A stretch of DNA of 44,209 nt, taken from a virus. The position numbers were made by a program, and so were the translations under genes. The stretch lies in IMG/VR virus record IMGVR_UViG_2582581264_000001, positions 1-44,209 of that record; one strand, 5' to 3'. The notes beneath the pieces are model-generated. The model was not told where the DNA came from, searched no databases, and worked only from the letters and a program-made list of their open reading frames with translations. Each line of letters starts with the position of its first letter. Positions within the stretch are counted from its first letter, which is position 1. Positions 32,164-38,996 of the stretch are shown in pieces.

Positions 32164-32298
32164 CATGAAAGAGATTTCATCCTAACTTGCCGGGAAGGAT
32201 GACCTCTCTTTGCACATTCCGGGACCATACGCAACACCTTTCGGTGCGCGGATTTGTGCGCCTTGGGCTTCGGGCGCCTCCGATAATGGGGGCAGAAG

Positions 32299-32835
32299 AT
32301 GAAGCGCGAAAAGATTTTCGGCTTGCCGACCGGCAGGCCACTAGACCGGAACGCAAAGGCCCGGATTATGGCCTATGCAGCGGCATGGTCCGCACGCCAA
32401 CGCCAGCCAGGACAACACACCGGCCCATTGACGCGGGCTTATATGGACGTTTTGCGCGCCCTCCTTTGGGGCTTCCACAACGCTAAAACCGGCGCCTGCT
32501 TTCCCGGCTACGACGCTATTGCAAAGCATGCCCGGTGCCACCGCGACACAGTGCGCAAGGCAATTCGCATGCTTGAATTGTCGGGGCTGTTAACCTGGGT
32601 GCATCGCCTCCGCCGCGTTCCTGGCGCCGTGCTGCGGACAAGCAACGGTTACAGCTTCCGTGACCCCTCCCCCGCGCCGCAACCCCGCGAGAATCCTACT
32701 AAGGCGGAAAATTCGCCCGGAACCCAAAACCAAGATTCTTCTAATATAAAGATCGTGGTTTTAGACCCGGCAAACCGGCTTGACGCAGCCCTTATTAGGC
32801 TCGGGAAAAGCGCCGGAGCGTTGTCACCGGCATAA
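32299..32835 (+). CDS. winged-helix DNA-binding protein (plasmid/ICE-type; replication-initiator-like or regulator)
   Basis: GACFPGYDAIAKHARCHRDTVRKAIRMLELSGLLTW is a typical wHTH segment seen in proteins encoded on mobile elements. Confidence 0.5.
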   Translation: MKREKIFGLPTGRPLDRNAKARIMAYAAAWSARQRQPGQHTGPLTRAYMDVLRALLWGFHNAKTGACFPGYDAIAKHARCHRDTVRKAIRMLELSGLLTWVHRLRRVPGAVLRTSNGYSFRDPSPAPQPRENPTKAENSPGTQNQDSSNIKIVVLDPANRLDAALIRLGKSAGALSPA

Positions 32836-32853
32836 CCTCCCCGCTATTACAAG

Positions 32854-32904
32854 CTATCAGTGCTATCATCGATAGTTGACATATCTTAGCTATCATGTTT
32901 AATT
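32854..32904 (+). promoter_or_regulatory. best-defined early-type promoter: operators + TTGACA-N17-TTAATT
   Basis: CTATC (32854), then CTATC-ATC-GATAG (32863-32875) fused to TTGACA (32876-32881), a 17-nt spacer, and TTAATT (32899-32904). Confidence 0.65.
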
Positions 32905-32920
32905 GTTTCGTACCATACAA
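32903..32920 (+). promoter_or_regulatory. 18-bp conserved motif, copy D (TTGTTTCGTACCATACAA)
   Basis: Starts within the -10 hexamer and covers the predicted +1 of the promoter. Lies 10 nt upstream of ATG 32931. Confidence 0.6.
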
Positions 32921-32930
32921 AACAGAGCAG

Positions 32931-33653
32931 ATGACGATGACAGACAACCCTACCCGACAAGTTTATGTAGGTTTTTCAGAGGCTTATGAGCATTTTAACC
33001 AGGTGCTTTTTGAGGGTCGTTTGCCCGGTTGCATTATCACGATGCAGCGCCACAAGGGTGCGCTTGGGTATTTTGCGGGCGATAGGTTTGGAGAGATTGC
33101 GGGCGACGGCAAGACGGATGAAATTGCATTAAATCCGGTGCATTTTAAGGGGCGCACGGCAGAAGAAACGCTCTCCACGCTAGTTCATGAGATGACCCAC
33201 CTTGAGCAGCACCACTTTGGAAGCCCAAGCCGGGGCGGATACCACAACGCAGAATGGGCTAAGCTGATGAAGCGTGTGGGGCTGCAACCAACTGATACGG
33301 GCCGCGCTGGCGGCAAAGAAACCGGCCCATCTATGACGCACCTCATTGTTGAAGGCGGCCCGTTTGAGTCTGCTTGCCGCGCCCTTCTCGGGAAGGGCTT
33401 TGAAATCCGTTACAGCGACAGGTGGGGCGACGTTGATAATGATGGCTCTCGCTCCCGCGCCCCGTCACGGCCAGCCGGAAACGGTGACGACGAAGGCCAG
33501 GGAGAAGGGGAAGCCCCTGCGCCGCGCAAGAAAACCGCCAATAAAACGAAATTTACTTGCCCGGACTGCGGCGCAAACGCATGGGGCAAGCCTTCTCTCA
33601 ATCTCCTTTGCGGTGATTGCAGCGTGCGGTTTGTGTCTGAAGATGGCGAATAA
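32931..33653 (+). CDS. SprT-like zinc metalloprotease with a C-terminal zinc ribbon
   Basis: HEMTH (HExxH) motif in LSTLVHEMTHLEQHHFG, and C-terminal CPDCG...CGDC. Start at ATG 32931, downstream of the predicted +1. Confidence 0.75.
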   Translation: MTMTDNPTRQVYVGFSEAYEHFNQVLFEGRLPGCIITMQRHKGALGYFAGDRFGEIAGDGKTDEIALNPVHFKGRTAEETLSTLVHEMTHLEQHHFGSPSRGGYHNAEWAKLMKRVGLQPTDTGRAGGKETGPSMTHLIVEGGPFESACRALLGKGFEIRYSDRWGDVDNDGSRSRAPSRPAGNGDDEGQGEGEAPAPRKKTANKTKFTCPDCGANAWGKPSLNLLCGDCSVRFVSEDGE

Positions 33654-33675
33654 AAAAGGGGGCATAAGCCCCCTT
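33652..33675. terminator. hairpin between convergent genes (GGGGGC-ataa-GCCCCC)
   Basis: 6-bp GC stem. The A6 run upstream provides the T-run for the minus-strand par operon. The + strand tail is weak. Confidence 0.55.
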
Positions 33676-33678
33676 CCC

Positions 33679-34017
33679 TCACAAAACCCGGCTTTTAGCC
33701 GTAGGTTGCAAGTCAAACTCCGGCACGTCATAACCGGCCTTCTTGGCTAGAGTGGCTATAAACTGCCTCATGCCAACGTCCCTGGACGCATCCAAAAGTA
33801 GCGAGCAAAATTCACGGGAACAGCGAAAGTTGACTTGCTCAAGCTTTTCACGCTGCGGCTTGGGAGGGCGTCCCCTGCCGCGTTGCTGCTCAACCGGCTC
33901 CGCTGGCTCGGCAACTGCTTGGGCTGGTTTGGGGGTTGTCGCAGGTAAATCCGCCGTTGCTTTAGAAATCTGGCTCACAAGCTCCGCCCCGGAGATTTTC
34001 TTTGCCTTCAACGCCAT
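33679..34017 (-). CDS. small partition partner protein (candidate centromere-binding, ribbon-helix-helix-like)
   Basis: 112 aa, translationally coupled (TAATG) to parA. Has a basic middle region (RGRGRPPKPQREK) followed by QVNFRCSREFCSLLLDASRDVG. Confidence 0.5.
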   Translation of the reverse strand: MALKAKKISGAELVSQISKATADLPATTPKPAQAVAEPAEPVEQQRGRGRPPKPQREKLEQVNFRCSREFCSLLLDASRDVGMRQFIATLAKKAGYDVPEFDLQPTAKSRVL

Positions 34018-34676
34018 TATGCAGCACTCCCAACACGGGCCGCAGGAATGGCCCCGATTTCGGTTAATTCGCCAATAAGCCGGTCAGCCTCAACCCCCAA
34101 CCGCCCACTAACAGGCAGGTTCCCGGTAAAGCTGGCCTTACGGAACGCGGATAGATGAGGCAGCGCGTAGCGCATGACGGGCAACCCTTCAGCCTTCAGA
34201 GCGTCAAGAGTCGCAGATTCAACAAGGCCGCCGGTGCGCCATTGCGTGCCGATTACCCTATAAGGAAGGGCGCGCCGCGCCGCTTTCCCAAGAGACTCAA
34301 TTTTGCGCGCTGTGCGGATAGCTTCGCGGGTGCTGCTTCTGTCTGGCATGCACGGCACAAGGATAAAGTCAGCGACGCTAATTGCGCTGGCGGCGGTTAG
34401 GTTGGCAAAGCCCGCCGTGTCAATCACAACTATATCACCGGCCTCTGCTTCCGCCTGGGCCGCGTCAATCACCTCAACCTCCCGGCACTCGGCAAGACAG
34501 CGAAACGGCGCGCCCTCGTAAACATTGGCATGCCAGTCGGAAAGCGTGGCATTTGCGTCAGCGTCTATCACGGTGACGGCATAACCTAGTTGCGCCAAGT
34601 TGGCCGACAGGCATTGCGCTAGAGTAGATTTCCCGGCGCCACCTTTTGAGGTGGCAATCGTTAGGATGGTGCCCAT
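34017..34676 (-). CDS. parA: ParA-family partition ATPase
   Basis: Deviant Walker A TSKGGAGKST, plus VIDADAN and VVIDTAG motifs. 219 aa. Confidence 0.9.
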   Translation of the reverse strand: MGTILTIATSKGGAGKSTLAQCLSANLAQLGYAVTVIDADANATLSDWHANVYEGAPFRCLAECREVEVIDAAQAEAEAGDIVVIDTAGFANLTAASAISVADFILVPCMPDRSSTREAIRTARKIESLGKAARRALPYRVIGTQWRTGGLVESATLDALKAEGLPVMRYALPHLSAFRKASFTGNLPVSGRLGVEADRLIGELTEIGAIPAARVGSAA

Positions 34677-34679
34677 AAT

Positions 34680-34722
34680 AAAACCCCCTTATGGCGGCAA
34701 CGCGCCGCATGTCGGGGGTTTT
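34680..34722 (-). promoter_or_regulatory. leader hairpin/terminator whose 3' arm contains the parA Shine-Dalgarno
   Basis: Minus strand reads AAAACCCCC-N25-GGGGGTTTT-att-ATG. The AAGGGGG of the 3' arm is the only SD-like sequence before parA. Confidence 0.55.
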
Positions 34723-34765
34723 ATCATATCTCGTCTATCAGAGATAGCGTTATATCTATGCTATC
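34723..34765 (-). promoter_or_regulatory. candidate par promoter/operator (or parS) region
   Basis: -10-like TATGAT (minus strand, 34728-34723), CTATC-AGA-GATAG (34735-34747), ATATC (34752) and CTATC (34761). Confidence 0.45.
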
Positions 34766-34771
34766 CTTGAA

Positions 34772-35320
34772 TTATTCGGGGGCGGCCTCATCCGTAACCC
34801 CCGCCGCCTCCACAAGCGCCGAAGCGCCCGCCGGGGCTGTCCCGTTGATCTTGTGCCAATGCTTAATCACCAGGGGGTCACGCTTATGCGATTCCACGGC
34901 GCCACGGTCCATCTCAGCCGCCCGCGTCCGCGCCTCATCGTGTGTAATCGGCTTGCCTGCCTTTCTGCATGCTTCCACCATCGCGCCTGCCACCGCCTGC
35001 CGCCACTGTGTCAGCTTTAACTCTGTTTTCTTCGGGGCGGGCACCTCCCCCGCACCAAGCTTAGCCATGGCGTCTGCCATATCGCCCGCGCGCGACAGAT
35101 AAGACCATAGCCCCAGCGTAGCTAGGTAATCCATCGACGCCTTGGGCAGTCCGGCGGTTGAGAACGAAAGAACGTCACCGCCGGGAATTGTCACGCGGAC
35201 TGTTCCCGCTCCGCCGTCCACAATGCCGCGACGGCGCTGGGCGCGCGGCTCCGGCGGCTCCCTATAAAATCGCCTGCCCTCATGCTGGGGCGCCGGAGGG
35301 GGTGCGGTTTCGTCACTCAT
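34772..35320 (-). CDS. hypothetical protein (182 aa)
   Basis: ORF track entry. Its start codon overlaps the stop codon of the upstream erf-like gene (ATAATG). Confidence 0.6.
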   Translation of the reverse strand: MSDETAPPPAPQHEGRRFYREPPEPRAQRRRGIVDGGAGTVRVTIPGGDVLSFSTAGLPKASMDYLATLGLWSYLSRAGDMADAMAKLGAGEVPAPKKTELKLTQWRQAVAGAMVEACRKAGKPITHDEARTRAAEMDRGAVESHKRDPLVIKHWHKINGTAPAGASALVEAAGVTDEAAPE

Positions 35321-36087
35321 TATTTACCGTCCTTCTGTTCAGAATCCTTGCAAGCCGCGTCAATTTCAGCGTTGATCTTGTCAACAACAACGCCGTGACC
35401 GGCCTCACGCAGAGCCTTGAAAATCGCTTCATTGCCCTTCTGGGCAGCGCGCAGCGTGGGCAGCTTGCCGTCCTTGACGGCCCATGATGTCAGCTTGCCC
35501 CACCACTCAATGAGGGCCTGCGCCCCTTCGGCTGCGAAGATTTCACCATTTGGCCGCAGCGCTGAAAATAGCGGCAGTTTTTCCTTTGGCTTCGGCTTTT
35601 CAGTCTCTTGGCGCTTCTGGTTGCCGCGCGATTGATTGCGGGCTGGCTGGCGCTGCGCGGTCTCCCCATCGTCATCATCTTCATCTGCCGCAAGACGTAA
35701 TATGCCGCTGTAGCTATAGCGGCGCGCGTAAGTAAGCTCAGAGCCGAAAGGTTGCGGGCCTGCATTCGCCTTGAACAACGGATATTCAGATGTAATCCAT
35801 TGCCCGGATGAGTGGCGCAGGGTGGTGACAAGATCAATGGAATTTCCATCACGCCTGATGACTTGCGTGACCGCAAGCTCATTAGCAGCCAACGCCTCGC
35901 GTGTGGCATCTATGGCGCTGGCGAGCGAAGCATAACGGCTCTTGAAATGAGGGTTTTCCCGGTCCTTCTCAGGATTAGGAAACGCGCCTTGGGCCTTTGC
36001 CAGCGCCGCGTTGATCTCGTCGGTTTTTCCCGATTCAAGCCAGCGCATAGCGGGGTTCTGGTATTGCGCGTCCTCGCTCACTTGCAC
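35320..36087 (-). CDS. ERF-family single-strand annealing recombinase
   Basis: INAALAKAQGAFPNPEKDRENPHFKSRYASLASAIDA...TLRHSSGQW...GSELTYARRYSYSGILRLAADEDDDDG matches the ERF pattern. Start is GTG 36087 or the GTG at 36081 that is coupled to the upstream TGA. Confidence 0.8.
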   Translation of the reverse strand: MQVSEDAQYQNPAMRWLESGKTDEINAALAKAQGAFPNPEKDRENPHFKSRYASLASAIDATREALAANELAVTQVIRRDGNSIDLVTTLRHSSGQWITSEYPLFKANAGPQPFGSELTYARRYSYSGILRLAADEDDDDGETAQRQPARNQSRGNQKRQETEKPKPKEKLPLFSALRPNGEIFAAEGAQALIEWWGKLTSWAVKDGKLPTLRAAQKGNEAIFKALREAGHGVVVDKINAEIDAACKDSEQKDGK

Positions 36088-36263
36088 CCCCCGGTGAAAC
36101 CCTTGGTGAAGTGGTAAAGCTTATCACCGCTCTTGTTTGCTACCACACGCCGGTTGGGCGCACCGGCGTAAAAACGGCGGCGCCCGCGCCGCGCTGCATA
36201 CATGGAGACCCAAGCGGCGGCGGCGCGCTCGTGATTGTGTGCTTTTTGACGGGAGTTAAGCAT
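36078..36263 (-). CDS. small basic hypothetical protein (61 aa)
   Basis: ORF track entry with a purine-rich RBS. Confidence 0.4.
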   Translation of the reverse strand: MLNSRQKAHNHERAAAAWVSMYAARRGRRRFYAGAPNRRVVANKSGDKLYHFTKGFTGGCK

Positions 36264-36280
36264 AGCTCTCTTTCTTTCGA

Positions 36281-36823
36281 TTAATGGCGGACGGTTGCAA
36301 CGGGTTCGCCGTTGCTCAGAGTGGCGCCAGGGACAACCTCACCAGCCTTCAGAGCCTCCGCTATGTCTTTTTTCTTCGGAGTGCGTGTGGTTTCGGTCTT
36401 TATAAACTTCTCAGGTAGAAGCGTAGGGTCTGTAATCTTCGCAGACCGGCGCCCTGGCGTGATGGTCAGTGTAAATTCCACGTCCGGCAGCTTCTTCAGG
36501 CCAAGTGCCTGCATTGTGGCAACAACCGCCCCTTTGATTTTGTCAGCCCTGGCAAGCATTTTCATGCGGCGCGAGGCTAGTGTATCCTGGCGATGCTCTA
36601 TGCCGTCCGCAATGCTTTTCGCTTCCAGAGAGGCCCGCATTGCTGTGCGCAGCATTTCCATGGCCTCCCCCCCTTCCCCGTCAAGCATATCAAAAAGAAG
36701 CGCCTCATCTTCGGCAATCGTTGGGTCCATCTCCAAAAGATCAGAACGCAATCTATGAAGGGTTGCCATTGCTTCAGATAGTTGAAGGCGCGAGTATGCC
36801 GGGGTAGCCTCAGTTTTTTTCAT
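36281..36823 (-). CDS. Gp157-like protein
   Basis: Coiled-coil N-terminus and the C-terminal FTLTITPGRRSAKITDPTLLPEKFIK...KKKDIAEALKAGEVVPGATL pattern typical of the siphovirus Gp157 family. Confidence 0.6.
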   Translation of the reverse strand: MKKTEATPAYSRLQLSEAMATLHRLRSDLLEMDPTIAEDEALLFDMLDGEGGEAMEMLRTAMRASLEAKSIADGIEHRQDTLASRRMKMLARADKIKGAVVATMQALGLKKLPDVEFTLTITPGRRSAKITDPTLLPEKFIKTETTRTPKKKDIAEALKAGEVVPGATLSNGEPVATVRH

Positions 36824-36836
36824 TCACCCGCCCCTA

Positions 36837-37181
36837 CTAAAATGGGCGCAACTGCTGCGCATGATAAATCACTTGCAAGCCGGGGCGCGGTATTGTGCTG
36901 CCTACGGCTCCAACCAAGAGACCATCCCCCCGAGCTATTCCATACCGAAATTTCCATTCGGAGACGTTTTCAACCTCAGTTAGAAGTCCTGCGGGAACAC
37001 CAAGAAGCATGTTCCATTCTTGAGGGGATTTTTTGAAGTCAAAAACAGAAGCTTCAACCCCGGCAACACGATCATTGCGGGCCGCAGCGTAATGGAGGGC
37101 TAGGGCTGAAACGGCAACATGCCGTCGCCGCTCCATTTTGAAAGTTACGCATTCAATCAGGGGATTATCAAACAACCGCAT
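36837..37181 (-). CDS. hypothetical protein (114 aa), first gene of the leftward recombination/partition operon
   Basis: ORF track entry. The start is uncertain (a TTGACA-like hexamer overlaps the ATG). Confidence 0.45.
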   Translation of the reverse strand: MRLFDNPLIECVTFKMERRRHVAVSALALHYAAARNDRVAGVEASVFDFKKSPQEWNMLLGVPAGLLTEVENVSEWKFRYGIARGDGLLVGAVGSTIPRPGLQVIYHAQQLRPF

Positions 37182-37414
37182 GTCAACCGCCTATCACTAG
37201 ATTAAGCGTGCCTATTACATGCTGAATGCTGTTCCTATAGATGCACGGCGCGTCTTGAAATTTATTTTTTTGATACAGCGCGCGCCGGGCTATTCCGGGC
37301 AACAACCCCAGGTGATAAAAGTTATCTGAACAATGGTTAAGATAGTGGGTTACAAAATGAAGGTCACAGGAAAAAGAAAGTTACTTCAAGGTTTTTCCGA
37401 TTGGAGCATCTGCA

Positions 37415-37798
37415 CTAGCCGCGTTCGGTGTTGGGACTGCGGCGCGCCCTGCGCGGAATTTTTAGAGACTGCCCAGGCTCCAATTCACCAAGGCGCGAAA
37501 CCATTTCACGACTACAACGAGAAGATACAAGACCGCGATAAATGTAATCTAAAGTCACGCCAAACTTCGCACAAAACTCAATCATGCTCATAGGGTCAGG
37601 CATATTCATACCCAACTCATATTTTGACCACTTTGCTTGAGTTGTTCCGAGAATTTCAGAAAGTTCAAGCTGAGTTATTCCGGCCAATTCCCTTACTTGC
37701 CGGATGCGCTGGCCTATGTCCTTGCGGACTGTTTCCTCTACGGCTGTCCACCGTGCGCGACTACCAGCCTCACTGGTTGTTGTTTTTTCTTTTGTCAT
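37415..37798 (-). CDS. XRE-family (Cro/CI-type) HTH repressor candidate
   Basis: ATG 37798. IGQRIRQVRELAGITQLELSEILGTTQAKWSKYELG is a classic HTH_3 motif. No S24 peptidase domain. Confidence 0.8.
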   Translation of the reverse strand: MTKEKTTTSEAGSRARWTAVEETVRKDIGQRIRQVRELAGITQLELSEILGTTQAKWSKYELGMNMPDPMSMIEFCAKFGVTLDYIYRGLVSSRCSREMVSRLGELEPGQSLKIPRRARRSPNTERG

Positions 37799-37917
37799 AG
37801 GCTCACAGCCCCTTTTCAAGTAATCTAAGTTGGAATACAAAAGTCCCCGCCCTTCGGAGTTTCGGGGGGTGGGGATTGAACGGCCCCCATTGAAAGACCG
37901 TGCGGGGGCGGAGACGG

Positions 37918-38337
37918 ATGGCGCGAGAAGTACGGCGCTTTTCTGAAGAAGAAAACAGCACAATCGTAATCATGCGCGGCAAGCGTTTTGGATGGAACAC
38001 CATTGCGCGGCAGCTAGGGCGGGCCGTAAATCCGACAATCCGGCACGCCGTCCGCGTCCTCGGCCTTCCCGCTGACTTGTCAGCACCCGATAAGCGTCTT
38101 GATCTCACTGAAGAACAGAGCGAGCAAATCCGCAATCTAGCCATGGATGGCTTGGATGTGGCGGGCATAGCAGATGAAACCGGCCTGAATGTCGGAATCA
38201 TAAGAAATTACTGCGGCCTCAATCAAATACGGTTGACGACAAACGACTCTTTACCCGCTGGCGCGAGCGCGACATGGGGGGCGATTATTGCCGGTACTGC
38301 ACTAGCCGGTTGCCCCTTCCCTTCGGCCCAACACTAA
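37918..38337 (+). CDS. DNA-binding protein with two tandem HTH repeats resembling the GcrA N-terminal / Myb-like motif (Cro or antirepressor position)
   Basis: FSEEENSTIVIMRGKRFGWNTIARQLGRAVNPTIRHAVRVLGL and LTEEQSEQIRNLAMDGLDVAGIADETGLNVGIIRNYCGL are internal repeats. The gene is divergent from the XRE gene. Confidence 0.4.
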   Translation: MAREVRRFSEEENSTIVIMRGKRFGWNTIARQLGRAVNPTIRHAVRVLGLPADLSAPDKRLDLTEEQSEQIRNLAMDGLDVAGIADETGLNVGIIRNYCGLNQIRLTTNDSLPAGASATWGAIIAGTALAGCPFPSAQH

Positions 38338-38414
38338 CGCGCTAATCGTAGCTTGCGGGGGTAGCACTTGGCAAGGCGCCAACAATAACATTCTGAGAAA
38401 GGAATATAACGATT

Positions 38415-38873
38415 ATGGCCGGAACAGTAAACAAAGTGATTCTTGTTGGGAATCTCGGGAAAGACCCCGAAGTTCGCAACACGCAAGGCGGGGGCAAAAT
38501 AGTCAACCTTAGCGTTGCAACTTCTGAGTCCTGGAAGGACAAAAACTCAGGCGAACGTAAGACGCTGACGGAGTGGCATCGCGTGGTTGTTTTTAACGAC
38601 AGCCTTGCAGATGTTGCCGAAAAATACCTCGAAAAAGGCGTAAAGATTTATGTTGAGGGCAAGCTTCAAACCCGCAAATGGACCGATCAGAGCGGCCAAG
38701 ATCGCTATTCAACTGAGGTGATTATTCCTCGGTTTGGCGGAGTCCTTACGATTCTGCAAAGCGTCAGCGGAGATGGCCAAAATGACGGACAGAGCCGCGC
38801 TACCGGACGGGCGCAAGGCGGGGGCGGAAGCCATGACAGCAGCGGTTGGAGTGACGATGAAATTCCGTTCTAA
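38415..38873 (+). CDS. ssb: single-stranded DNA-binding protein
   Basis: The OB-fold N-terminus [16 protein letters not shown]...WHRVVVF, a Gly-rich linker and an acidic tip DDEIPF. Confidence 0.95.
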   Translation: MAGTVNKVILVGNLGKDPEVRNTQGGGKIVNLSVATSESWKDKNSGERKTLTEWHRVVVFNDSLADVAEKYLEKGVKIYVEGKLQTRKWTDQSGQDRYSTEVIIPRFGGVLTILQSVSGDGQNDGQSRATGRAQGGGGSHDSSGWSDDEIPF

Positions 38874-38996
38874 GCGCCTCATGCGCCGCTTTTTTCATAG
38901 CTACAAGCGCCCATGCTTGAGCGCCGTGCAGTTGTTTGCGTGGGTGGCTGAAGGGGCCGCCCTGGCCGCGCTTTCGCTGATTGTGGGGCATTTCAT

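Noticed and set aside
37181-37195. GATAG-gcgg-TTGACA overlapping the start codon of 36837..37181, as another operator-type promoter
   Set aside because: No -10-like hexamer lies at 16-18 nt (GATAAT is only 11 nt away), and the palindrome partner is missing. It is probably a chance or degenerate copy, though it does make the annotated start codon slightly uncertain.
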